From an uncultured delta proteobacterium (GTDB taxonomy: Bacteria > Myxococcota_A > Polyangia > Polyangiales > Polyangiaceae), in assembly GCA_963841435.1 (NCBI GenBank), contig CAWJCS010000003.1, forward strand, positions 544,001 to 608,000: DNA of 64,000 bases, in the 5' to 3' direction. Below the pieces are notes generated by a model. That model was not told where the DNA came from, did no database searches, and saw nothing but the letters and a program-made list of their open reading frames with translations. Numbering within the stretch: the stretch's first letter is position 1; each line of letters opens with the position of its first letter. Shown piece by piece: positions 40,120 to 49,445 of this stretch. The translations under genes were made by a program, and so were the position numbers.

Positions 40120-40770
40120 ATGGCCAACGTTCCGAGCCCCCTGCCGCGACCCGGCGCCTCCGAGCGCTCGGTGACCCGCTTTCCGCTCGGGCGCCTGGGT
40201 GACGCGGAGCTCGTCGAGGCGGCCGCGCGTGGAGACCGCGAAGCCGTGGGCGTCGTGTGGGAGCGCTACGCGCCGCTCGTGAGGGGCGTGGTGCGCGGCG
40301 CGCTCGGACCCGATTCTTCGCTCGAAGACCTCGTGCAGGAGGTGTTCGTCGCGTTCCTCAAGGGCGCGCGCAACGTGAAGGAGGGCGCCGCCCTGCGCGG
40401 TTATTTGATGGGGGTCGCCGTGCGGCTCGCCGCGCTCGAGCTCCGGCGCCGCAAGGTGCGGCGCTGGGTCACGCTCACGCCGACCGGCGTGTTGCCCGAG
40501 CCGCCTTCGGCTCCGCTCGACCCCGAAGCCCGCGCCGCGCTGCGCGCGCTATACCGTGTGCTCGATGGCTTCTCGTCGCGCCGCCGGCTCGCCTTCGTTC
40601 TGAGGCACGTGCAGGCCCTCGAGGTCGTGGAAGTCACCCGACTGCTCGGCATCTCCGAGTCCACGCTGCGCCGCGAGCTCACGCGCGCTCGCGCCCAAAT
40701 CGTGCGCGCGAGCGACCGCGAGCCGGAGCTCCGTCGCTACCTCGCGCGTTGGGCGGAGGCATCGCCATGA
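40120..40770 (+). CDS. ECF RNA polymerase sigma factor
   Basis: DAELV...GDREA, EDLVQEVF, RRLAFVLRHV, LGISESTLRREL.RAR. Confidence 0.9.
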   Translation: MANVPSPLPRPGASERSVTRFPLGRLGDAELVEAAARGDREAVGVVWERYAPLVRGVVRGALGPDSSLEDLVQEVFVAFLKGARNVKEGAALRGYLMGVAVRLAALELRRRKVRRWVTLTPTGVLPEPPSAPLDPEARAALRALYRVLDGFSSRRRLAFVLRHVQALEVVEVTRLLGISESTLRRELTRARAQIVRASDREPELRRYLARWAEASP

Positions 40771-42068
40771 CGCGCGACGTCGGCCACGAAGCGACGCTCG
40801 AGCAGCTCGCCACGCTGATGCGCGAGGCGGCCCGAGCGCCGGTGGACCCCGGCCTGGACCGGTCGGGTGCGGCCGTCGTCGCATCACGCCTCGAGGGCGC
40901 GAAGCCACGCGTTGCAACGCGAACGCGCGTCGTCTTGCTCGCAGCGGGGTTCGCCGCGCTTTCGGCGGCCGTCGCGCTCGTCGAGCTCCGTCCGAGGCCG
41001 CTCGCGTACGAGGTGCACGGCGGGTCGAGCAGCGGCTCGTACGTGAGCGTTCCGACGCCGGGGGCCGCGGAGCTTTCGTTCACCGATGGCAGTCGGCTGT
41101 CCTTGACCGCGGGCTCGCGCCTGCGTGTCGAGGAAGAGCAGGAAACGGGCGCGCGCATCCTGCTCGAGCGCGGCCGTGCCAACGTGAGCATCGTTCATCG
41201 GCCGGACTCGAGCTGGACGTTCGCGGCGGGGCCCTTCGACGTGCGCGTCACCGGAACGCGCTTCGAGCTCGAGTGGGATCCGGCAAGCGAAAAGCTCACG
41301 CTCGCGCTCCTGGCGGGCGCCGTCGAGGTGCGAGCGCCGTTTTCCGGTGCGCCGATCCCGGTACGCGCCGGGCAGCGCTTCCACGCCGACATGGCGACGC
41401 GCAGCATGACCGTCATCGACGGCACCCCGACCGCCGAGCAAGGCGCAGCGCCGGGCGCCGCGAGCACCGCGGCGCCTGGGACGAGCAGCGCGGACGATCA
41501 CGAGCCAGCCACGCTCGCGCCCGGCGCAACCGCGGCATCGTCGGCGACGACGGCCAGAAGGGCGGCGCCAGTGCCCGCTGCGTCCACGGAGTCGACCGCC
41601 GCGCACGAGCCCTGGGCGAAGCTGGTCGCCGACGGCAAGTTCGAGACGGTCGTACGCCTGGCGGTCGAGCGCGGGCCGGCGAGCTGCATCTCGAGCTGTA
41701 CGGCGACGGATCTGCGTGCGCTCGCGGACGCCGCCCGCTACTCCGGTCACCGCGAGCTCGCCATGGAGGCGCTGCTCGCGCTGCGCCAGCGCTTCGCGGG
41801 AAGCGTCGAGGAGCGTCCGGCCGCGTTCTTGCTGGGCCGCATCGAGGAAGGCCGCGGTGCCCTCGCCCGCGCCGAGACCTGGTACGAGACCTACCTCAGG
41901 GAACGGCCACGGGGTGAGCTCGCAGCCGAGGCCCTGGCGGGGCGAATGCGGGCGCTCGGAGGGACGAGCGGAAGCAGCGCTGCACGAACGGTTGCACGGG
42001 AGTACCTTTCCCGATACCCGGACGGGGTGCATGCCAAGGCGGCCCGCGCGATTCTCGAAGCGCCCTGA
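40767..42068 (+). CDS. FecR-domain anti-sigma factor with C-terminal TPR
   Basis: ATGA overlap with sigma; TM; LSFTDGS, LERG, VRVTGTRF, GAVEV; YL.ERPRG, YLSRYPDG. Confidence 0.85.
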   Translation: MTRDVGHEATLEQLATLMREAARAPVDPGLDRSGAAVVASRLEGAKPRVATRTRVVLLAAGFAALSAAVALVELRPRPLAYEVHGGSSSGSYVSVPTPGAAELSFTDGSRLSLTAGSRLRVEEEQETGARILLERGRANVSIVHRPDSSWTFAAGPFDVRVTGTRFELEWDPASEKLTLALLAGAVEVRAPFSGAPIPVRAGQRFHADMATRSMTVIDGTPTAEQGAAPGAASTAAPGTSSADDHEPATLAPGATAASSATTARRAAPVPAASTESTAAHEPWAKLVADGKFETVVRLAVERGPASCISSCTATDLRALADAARYSGHRELAMEALLALRQRFAGSVEERPAAFLLGRIEEGRGALARAETWYETYLRERPRGELAAEALAGRMRALGGTSGSSAARTVAREYLSRYPDGVHAKAARAILEAP

Positions 42069-43098
42069 GCGCATCCGAAGCTTCGGACCTCGCGTTCTCG
42101 GGCTGCTTCTGACGCTCGTCACGTTGCTCGTCGCGGGCAACGCGTGGGCTCAGCGAGTGCTGCTCGTGCGACCCAAGGCTCCCGACAGCCTGCTGCGCGA
42201 GGCGTTCAACCGCCTGCGCGCGGAGCTCTTGTTGCAAGATTTCGATGTCGTCGTGAAGGACGCGGGAGAAGACACCGGCTCGCCGCAGACGATCGCGCTC
42301 GCAGCCGAGCGAGCGGGCGCCTTCGCCGGCATCTCGCTCACGCTCGAAGCCGGAACGCGTTCGGCCAACGTGTGGCTCGCCGATCGCGTGACCGGGAAGA
42401 CGACGATGCGGTCCTTCGCGCTCTCGCGAACGGAGGACGCCCCCTCGGTGCTGGCCGTGCGCGCCGTCGATCTACTGCGCTCGAGCCTCAGGGAGTTCGG
42501 GCCGGACGGCGCGCCACCCGCCGATGTCACGGGCGTCGATCGCCAGCCCGTGCCGGTCGAGGTGCGGGCCTTCTCGGCGCCGGCGCCGGCGGCTTTCGGA
42601 CTTTCGATCGGGGCGGCCGCGCTTGCCGAGGTCTCCGACCTCGGCGCCGCCTACGGTCCCACGGCCGCGTTCGAGCATCGCGTCACACCGCGGGTCGGGC
42701 TCGCGCTCGTGATCGCGGGCCCGCTGCTCGGCGCGTCGTTCGGAGCTCGCGGCGGGCAGGCGTTCCTGCGGCAGGAGCTCGCGGCCGTCGAAGGCCGGCT
42801 CACGGCTTGGCACGTTCCACCGCTCGATCTCGGCTTCACGCTCGGGCTCGGAGTCTACCATCTGAACGCTCGTTCCGAGGTCGATCCGCCGCTCGTTGCG
42901 CAGAGCGACCAGGTCACGAGCGCGCTCGGCAGCGCGGGTCTCGAGCTCGAGGCCCGCGTCACCGACAGCGTGGGGGCCACGGCGTCCGCTTCGGCCATCG
43001 GGCTCCTACCCCGCCCGGGCGTCGCCGTGGAAGACGACCGATTGCTCTTCAAGCTGCCGCTCGTCAGGGCGACCCTCGCCCTTCTCGTGGATTTCTGA
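42031..43098 (+). CDS. Secreted hypothetical, probable outer-membrane protein (periplasmic alpha/beta domain plus small beta-barrel)
   Basis: Signal AWA, RLRAEL, ADRVTGKT, LAVRAVDLLR, amphipathic strands, terminal Phe; start uncertain. Confidence 0.6.
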   Translation: MPRRPARFSKRPERIRSFGPRVLGLLLTLVTLLVAGNAWAQRVLLVRPKAPDSLLREAFNRLRAELLLQDFDVVVKDAGEDTGSPQTIALAAERAGAFAGISLTLEAGTRSANVWLADRVTGKTTMRSFALSRTEDAPSVLAVRAVDLLRSSLREFGPDGAPPADVTGVDRQPVPVEVRAFSAPAPAAFGLSIGAAALAEVSDLGAAYGPTAAFEHRVTPRVGLALVIAGPLLGASFGARGGQAFLRQELAAVEGRLTAWHVPPLDLGFTLGLGVYHLNARSEVDPPLVAQSDQVTSALGSAGLELEARVTDSVGATASASAIGLLPRPGVAVEDDRLLFKLPLVRATLALLVDF

Positions 43099-43109
43099 GA
43101 TCGGACGCG

Positions 43110-44792
43110 ATGCTTCTCGTGCGTCTCCTCCTCGCCTGTCTCGCGCTCTCGGCGATCGCGTGCAGCAACGTCGCGCAGACCGCGTACCGTATGCGCGAGA
43201 GCGGGCTCGACTGCGGCAGCGACGAGCAGACGACGCTCCCGTCGGACCCGGCGCTCGGCGGCGGCGCCACCATCGCCGATTGGGTGCTCGCGCGGGGCAG
43301 CTATGGCATCGGGCAGGGGCCGGGCATCGCGCTCGTGGCGCGCGACGCCTTTCGGCTCTTCGTCAACGGGCGCCTGCTCGCCGAAAACGAGGAGCCCCTG
43401 CGGCCGGTGTTCGTGCCGCTCACGCTCCTGCCGGGCGACAATGCCGTCACCGTCGTCGTGAGCGCCGCGGGGGGCGAGCCCGCCGTGCTCTTCGAGGTCG
43501 ACGAGCTCGAGCGCGAGATCGTCTCGGACGGCGCCGTGCGCGTCAGCGACGCGCCGAGCGGCGACTACACGGCGGCTGACTACGACGACAGCGCGTGGAA
43601 CCGCGCCGTGGATCGCGGCAGCGTCGCAGACAATCCCCGCTGTCGGCCGGCGGCGGGATTCCCGGCCGCCTCGACCGCGCACTGGCTCACCGCACCCGCC
43701 CCCGCCCAGAGCGTTGCGTTCCGCCTGGCCGTGCGCATCGCGCCGGTTGGCTTCGGAGCACCGACGACCGGCGGCGACACGGCCGAGCCCGTGCTCGTGT
43801 CGGACGCAGCGACGCTGACGGACGCTCTCGCTGGCGACGAGCCCGCGGTGATCCTCGTCCCCGAGGGGCGCCTCAACGTCCGGCGGGCCCCCATGGAGGC
43901 TGCCAACTTCGACACGTGCCCCACAGCTTGCCCCAGCGGCACCGGGACGACGTACAACGTCCTTTCGGCGGGCCAGACCTGCGACGTTCCCACGATCAGC
44001 ATGCCGCGCAACGAGCGACGCATGCGCATCGGGTCGAACAAGACGCTCGTGGGGCTCGGCCGCGGAGCGCAGCTCCGCGGTGCCTGGTTCGACGTGGGCG
44101 TGAGCAGCAACGTCATCTTGCGCAACCTGGCGATCTACGACGTGAACCGCGACCTCATCGAGGCGGGCGACGGCATCAGCGTCGGGGGCGTCGATCGCCT
44201 TTGGGTTGACCACGTGACCTTCAAGTGGATCAGCGACGGATTCATCGACGTGAGCGCGGACTCGACCAACGTCACGTTCTCGTGGCTCCGCTACGACGGC
44301 GAGAACCCCGCGGCTTGCCTGGGCCGGCACCCGCGGGCCAACGAGCTCGTGAACGCGATGGTCACCTTTCACCACACGATCTGGACCCACGTGAACGGGC
44401 GCGCTCCCCTCGTCACGCACTCGCTCACGCAAGCGCACTTGTACAACGACCTGTTCAGCGATGACGTCGACTATGCGGTGGGAGCGGGCTGCGACGCACA
44501 GATCCTGCTCGAAGGCAGCTACTTCGAAAAGGTCGTGACACCTTCGTCCAAGCGCGAGTGTACCGACGGGACGGTGGGGCTCGGCGCGATCCAGGCGCCC
44601 GCGGGCTCGAACGCCTACGGTGTCGACGTGGGGTCGCACGACGACGGGGGCACGCCGAGCGGCGAGCCTCACGACGCCGTGTTCACACCGCCGTATTCCT
44701 ACACACTCGACCCCACCGACGACGTGCGCTTCCGTGTCGGCGAACGTGCCGGCGCGGGCGCGCGCTGGGCGTTGCCACTCACACTCGACTGA
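43110..44792 (+). CDS. Pectate lyase (PL1) lipoprotein with N-terminal beta-sandwich domain
   Basis: IAC lipobox; LFVNG..LLPGDN..YDDSAW domain; TTGG, SNKTLVG, NVILRNL, GDGI, WVDH, DGFID, RAP, PPYSY. Confidence 0.82.
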   Translation: MLLVRLLLACLALSAIACSNVAQTAYRMRESGLDCGSDEQTTLPSDPALGGGATIADWVLARGSYGIGQGPGIALVARDAFRLFVNGRLLAENEEPLRPVFVPLTLLPGDNAVTVVVSAAGGEPAVLFEVDELEREIVSDGAVRVSDAPSGDYTAADYDDSAWNRAVDRGSVADNPRCRPAAGFPAASTAHWLTAPAPAQSVAFRLAVRIAPVGFGAPTTGGDTAEPVLVSDAATLTDALAGDEPAVILVPEGRLNVRRAPMEAANFDTCPTACPSGTGTTYNVLSAGQTCDVPTISMPRNERRMRIGSNKTLVGLGRGAQLRGAWFDVGVSSNVILRNLAIYDVNRDLIEAGDGISVGGVDRLWVDHVTFKWISDGFIDVSADSTNVTFSWLRYDGENPAACLGRHPRANELVNAMVTFHHTIWTHVNGRAPLVTHSLTQAHLYNDLFSDDVDYAVGAGCDAQILLEGSYFEKVVTPSSKRECTDGTVGLGAIQAPAGSNAYGVDVGSHDDGGTPSGEPHDAVFTPPYSYTLDPTDDVRFRVGERAGAGARWALPLTLD

Positions 44793-44842
44793 ATCACCCA
44801 CCGCGCGCCGCGAGCTCGCGAGGCGCGCCGACGAGATGTCGC

Positions 44843-47800
44843 TCAGATCGCCGCCGCGAACTCGCGACCGAGCTCGAGCGGCGAGGGGCGGTCCTTCGGA
44901 TCGGGAAGCGTCGCCGCCCTGAGCACCTTGGCCACGGCGGCGGGGAAGGGCTTCAGGCGCTCGGCGTCCTCGAACGGGTCACGACGCATGTGGGCGATGA
45001 TGCGATCGCGCTGATTGTCGATCTCGTCGAAGAACGACCGCCCCGTCGTCACGTTGTACACCGTGGCCGCGAGCGCGTAGACATCGGAGCGTGGATCGAG
45101 CTCCACGGGATCGAGCACCTGCTCGGGAGCGATGTAGCCCGCCGTGCCGGCGACGAAGCGCCCGCTTGCGTCCTCGCTGACGCGGATGGCTCGCACCATG
45201 CCAAAATCGATGACCACGGCCGAGAGCGGTTGCGTGCGTGCCGGGTCGCGATGCTTGTGCGGATCGAATTTCTCGCCGTGCGCGAGCGGTAGGCGGAGCC
45301 AGATGTTCGCCGGCTTGATGTCACGGTGGACGAGCCCCGCGGCATGCAGTGCGGCGAGCCCCGCGCACGATTCGATGACCACTTGACGCACCTCGAACAT
45401 CGACATGAGCCGCGCGGCGGCGTACTGCTTGAGGTCGGCGCCGATCAGGTACTCGAGCACGAGGAAGGGCACGCTGTCGGCCACGCCGCGGTCGATGATG
45501 TTCGCGACGTTCGGGTGGTAAAGCCCCGCGAGCGCTCGCGCCTCCTCGACGAAGGACGCGAGAATGCCCTCCCGCTCGACGTCCGTCGCGTTCTGCAGCG
45601 CCTCGGCCTTGGGGATCTTGAGCACGAACAGGCGATCGGCGCCCGGCTTGCGCACGAGCCACACGGAGCCGATGCCGCCCTCACCGAGCGGCTGCACGAG
45701 CTCGTAGCCCTCGATCGTCTTCGGTTCCTGCTTCTTGGCGCGAGGCGGCGGCGGCGGCGTGCGCTGGATGGCCCCGCGAATCGCACCTTCGAGCAGCGCC
45801 GACGCCACGGGGCCGAGTGACGCGAACCAGACGTCGAGCAGGGAAATCTCGCGAGCGCGAATCGCTCGGGCCACGAGCCCCGCGACGCGCGGTGCGTTTT
45901 CCTGCGCGCGCCGCGCGGCCTCGGCGGCGACCTCGTCCTCGTCGGAGGTCGGGAAGAGCGCCTTGACCGGGTCGGCGAGCGCCGCCTGCAGCCTCTCGCC
46001 TGCAATCACGAGCTCCTGACAGAGTGCCTCGAGGTGCGCCTTCGGGCCCGCCGCGGCGCGGAACGCTTCGAGCGCCCCCGAGAGACCGGAGAGAGCGCGC
46101 GCGAGCTCGGTGTCGTCGGCGTGCAGCGACTCGAGCGCGTCGGCCGCCGCCGGGCCCCACTGCGCATCGACGGTGCCCGCCGCGACGGCCGTGCGCAACG
46201 TTTCGGCCCGGTCGCAGCAGCTCGCGAGCGCGCCCTCGGCCATCATCGGCAGCGCCGTCGCGAGCTGCAAAAGCATCGCGGGTCGATCGATGACGAGCGC
46301 CCACCAAGCCGCGAACGGTCCGAGCCAGCGCACGTCGTCGACCTCGCCGAGCGCGGTGCCGCGCGTCGTGTCGACGAGCCGCCAGAAAAGCATGCTGAGC
46401 GAGCCTTTCATGGCCGGCGAGAGCTCGCGCGTACCGTCGGCCAGCCCCTCGACCTTGCGCAGCCAGAGGCAGGTCGCGTGGGCCGTCGGTCCGCGCCCCG
46501 GCCCGAGCGCGGCGTCGGCCCCGCACGCGTCGAGGGCATAGCCGCCGAGGCGAATCGCTAGCACCTCGAGCGGCTCGGCGACCTCGGGTGTTGCGCCCTC
46601 CTGTCGCCGCTCCTTGACGAGGTCGAGGATCTCGGCAGGCGCCCGCGCGATCGCCTTCCAGGTTTCCTCGAGGTCGGGCTCGTCGGGGCGCTCGCGCCCG
46701 GCGTGGGTCGCCAGGAGCGGGTTCCAGAGCCGCAGCGCGAACACGCGTGCGCCGCCCTCGAGGGCATTGATGGCCGCCGCTCGTTGCCGCAGGCGGCCGT
46801 CGCCGAACACGATGCGCCGTGCTTCCGCGAAGGTACGCCCCACGGAGAGCGCGAAGCGGGCTGCACGCGCGTCGGCTTCCTCGTCGTCGTACTGCGCGGC
46901 GATGCGCACGAGGTTCTCCAGGCCGAGCTCGAGGTCGAGCGGGTCGCGTTCGGCGGCGTCGATGAGGTCCGTCGCCGCCGTCACTTCGATCCAGCGCCGC
47001 ATTTCGTCGAGCGACGTTGGCCGCGCTCGGCGCGCGAGCTCCCTGAGCGCACGCAGCGGTGTCTCGATCTCGGGCTGCCGTAGACCCCGCCGGTGCAGCG
47101 ATGCGAGCCCGCGCGCGAGGGCACGCGCGGCGATCGCTCCGCCGTCGCCCGCGAGGATGCGCTTGGCCAGCCGATCCCACAGTGATTTCCGCTCGAAGAA
47201 CAGGTACGGCGTCGCCACGGCGACGGACGCGAGGACCCAGTCCTCGTCGTCGCGCGACTCGAGCAGCGCGACGAGCTGGCTCGCCAGGAAATTCAGGCGC
47301 TCGGCAGGCAGCGACGCGAAGGCCGTCACCGCGCGCTGGCGCAGGATTTTCGACTCTCCGAGCACCCAGTCGAGCAGCGTGCCCTCGAGCTGCTCGAGAC
47401 GGCCGGTGAGCCGTCCGAGCGCGCGGGCGGCGTGCACCCAGACGAGCGGCTCGGGGTGCAGGAGCAGCGGCTGCAGCACTTGCAGCGTACGCCCCAGAAG
47501 CTCCTGATCGGCGCTCTCGGGCATACCGCACACGCTGACCTCGAGGCAGCGTGCCGAAAGCACGCGCCCGCGCAGCATGGCGTGCGCGGGCCGCCCGATG
47601 AGCTCTTCGTAAGTCGACCTCGCCGACCAGATCCAGCGCCCGAGGGCGGGCACCTCGAGAGCACTGGCCCCCGCCTCCCAGAGCAGGATCTCGAGACGCG
47701 CCCGGGCCTGTGCGTTTTCGGGGGCGGCGAGCGCCACGCCGTCGCCGAGCAGGGGCGCGCACTCGAGAGCGTCGAACAGCGGCCCCTCGACCACGCGAGC

Positions 47801-48166
47801 GCGCACCCCGCGCAGCGCCGAGGGCGCAAGCTCCGGGACGTCGAGCGCGGCGGCAAAGAGCGGCGCGAGCCGCGCGTCGCGCCGGAAGGCGCTCGCCTCG
47901 CAAAATGCGGCGAGCACGCGGCCCGAAGAGCCCTGGAAGCACTCGACGATGCTCGCCGTGTCGGTGAGCGTCACGGCGGGGAGCACGGCGGCGAGCTGGT
48001 CGGCGGCTTTGAGCTCGTCGGCGCTCAGCTCGAGCGCCGGAGGCTCCGTGATGCGCTCGGAGGCCCTGCGACGAAAGCGCCGACGCAGCGAGTCCCCAAT
48101 CTCCGGTCGCGCGTCGAGCGCCGCCGAGAGGGTCGCGAGCGCTTGCTTTGCATCCTCCGGGAGCAT
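44843..48166 (-). CDS. Hanks-type Ser/Thr kinase with ~830-aa helical N-terminal region
   Basis: LGEGGIGSV, VLKI, HPNV, HRDIKPAN, DFG, GTAGYIAPEQ, DVYAL. Confidence 0.88.
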   Translation of the reverse strand: MLPEDAKQALATLSAALDARPEIGDSLRRRFRRRASERITEPPALELSADELKAADQLAAVLPAVTLTDTASIVECFQGSSGRVLAAFCEASAFRRDARLAPLFAAALDVPELAPSALRGVRARVVEGPLFDALECAPLLGDGVALAAPENAQARARLEILLWEAGASALEVPALGRWIWSARSTYEELIGRPAHAMLRGRVLSARCLEVSVCGMPESADQELLGRTLQVLQPLLLHPEPLVWVHAARALGRLTGRLEQLEGTLLDWVLGESKILRQRAVTAFASLPAERLNFLASQLVALLESRDDEDWVLASVAVATPYLFFERKSLWDRLAKRILAGDGGAIAARALARGLASLHRRGLRQPEIETPLRALRELARRARPTSLDEMRRWIEVTAATDLIDAAERDPLDLELGLENLVRIAAQYDDEEADARAARFALSVGRTFAEARRIVFGDGRLRQRAAAINALEGGARVFALRLWNPLLATHAGRERPDEPDLEETWKAIARAPAEILDLVKERRQEGATPEVAEPLEVLAIRLGGYALDACGADAALGPGRGPTAHATCLWLRKVEGLADGTRELSPAMKGSLSMLFWRLVDTTRGTALGEVDDVRWLGPFAAWWALVIDRPAMLLQLATALPMMAEGALASCCDRAETLRTAVAAGTVDAQWGPAAADALESLHADDTELARALSGLSGALEAFRAAAGPKAHLEALCQELVIAGERLQAALADPVKALFPTSDEDEVAAEAARRAQENAPRVAGLVARAIRAREISLLDVWFASLGPVASALLEGAIRGAIQRTPPPPPRAKKQEPKTIEGYELVQPLGEGGIGSVWLVRKPGADRLFVLKIPKAEALQNATDVEREGILASFVEEARALAGLYHPNVANIIDRGVADSVPFLVLEYLIGADLKQYAAARLMSMFEVRQVVIESCAGLAALHAAGLVHRDIKPANIWLRLPLAHGEKFDPHKHRDPARTQPLSAVVIDFGMVRAIRVSEDASGRFVAGTAGYIAPEQVLDPVELDPRSDVYALAATVYNVTTGRSFFDEIDNQRDRIIAHMRRDPFEDAERLKPFPAAVAKVLRAATLPDPKDRPSPLELGREFAAAI

Positions 48167-48250
48167 GGAGGCTAGAAAGCTTAGCAAAGCTTGGCGCGGG
48201 ACCCCTATAAACACGCCGCGCGGGCGGGAAATCGCCCCAGGGGGCCGAGG

Positions 48251-49144
48251 CTAGTGGCCGAGCGGGCTCGAGATCGTCGTCGAGCGGTGCGCGTCGGCGG
48301 CGGGGCGCGCGGTCGCCGACCCTGCGTGGCTTCCGCTGCCCACGCAAACGCCATCCCGCGCCGTGCAGAGCTTGACCTGAGCACACACCGTCGAAGCGGC
48401 GCAGTCGGCCGAGGACGCCGCGATGCACACGCCGTTCTTCGCCGAGCAGTTGCCTTCGAGCTTGCAGCGCGCGGAGCTTCGACAATCGGCGTTCGAGACG
48501 GCGGCGCAGGCACCGTCGTCTTCGCTGCAGACCCCGTCGCGCTCGCAGGCCTTCGATTTCTTGCAATCCTCCGCCGTGGCCACACAGCGGCCGTCCTTGG
48601 GGGCGCACGCGGCGCCCTCCTTGCAGCGCTTCGAAAGCTTGCAGTCGGCTTCGGTCGCCGCGATGCAACGACCGCCCTCCGGCGTGCAGAGGCCGAGACG
48701 CGCGCAGGGGCTCTCGGGGTCCGGTGTCTCGTCCGCCGTGCCCGCGCAGTGCCGCCTCGAGAGCGCGCTGCACTTGCCGTCCTTCGTCACGCAGAGTCCT
48801 TCGGCGACGCAGCTTTTCAGGCACTCGTCGTGCACGACTTTCGCGGCGTCCTCGCAGACCCCAGCGTGGGCACTGCAAAGCAGCGCCTTTTTGCAATCTT
48901 CGGAGGCCTTGCAGCCGTCGTCGCTCGTCGCGGCACACTTCGCGCCCTCTGCCCCGCAGAGACCGTGCAGCTTGCAGTCCTCCGAGCCGCGACAGTCTTC
49001 GTCGGACTTGACGATGCAGGCGCCGTTTTCGTCCGCCGAGCAACGACCGTGCTTCGCGCAATCCGGCTTGGCCTTACAGGCCTCGGACGCGTCACAGCCC
49101 ATGACGAAAATCCCGAGAGCGAGCAGCCGAAGAAGCGCGTTCAC
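48251..49144 (-). CDS. Cys-rich tandem-repeat lipoprotein
   Basis: VMGC lipobox, about ten ~25-aa repeats C..S..C...G.C....G.C.A. Confidence 0.7.
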   Translation of the reverse strand: MNALLRLLALGIFVMGCDASEACKAKPDCAKHGRCSADENGACIVKSDEDCRGSEDCKLHGLCGAEGAKCAATSDDGCKASEDCKKALLCSAHAGVCEDAAKVVHDECLKSCVAEGLCVTKDGKCSALSRRHCAGTADETPDPESPCARLGLCTPEGGRCIAATEADCKLSKRCKEGAACAPKDGRCVATAEDCKKSKACERDGVCSEDDGACAAVSNADCRSSARCKLEGNCSAKNGVCIAASSADCAASTVCAQVKLCTARDGVCVGSGSHAGSATARPAADAHRSTTISSPLGH

Positions 49145-49445
49145 GGGGACTTCTCTATCACGAGTCTTGCGCGATCCGCGACGCCAGAAGCGCGAAGCGT
49201 GCAGCTCTTGGCCCGAGCCGATTTGCTCGTCACACCGTTCCCGTAAATCTCGATCGAGCCCGGAACGCTCGACGTGCTCGTGCGGGCGGCCGGGTGGTCG
49301 AGAGCCCGGTGCTCGGCATCCAGGCCGGCCCGACCCGCCGTCGCGGCGCGAGGCAGACGAAAGAGGGCTCTTTCGCGGGCGAGACGGCGCGGTGATAGGA
49401 GATGGCCCCGGGCCGTCCGCGCAAGCTCGGGAGGAGAACGTACCC

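Noticed and set aside
44793-44842. GC hairpins between convergent genes (also 34978-35001)
   Set aside because: No U-tract; cannot be called terminators from sequence alone
45681-49061. Long alternative-frame or antisense ORFs (also 55907..58828, 42855..44801, 53779..56106, 10074..12326, 6932..8890)
   Set aside because: Arg/Ala-rich shadow frames expected at this GC content; they overlap well-supported genes
49209-49228. TGGC...TTGC as sigma54 promoter
   Set aside because: Spacing between GG and GC does not fit -24/-12
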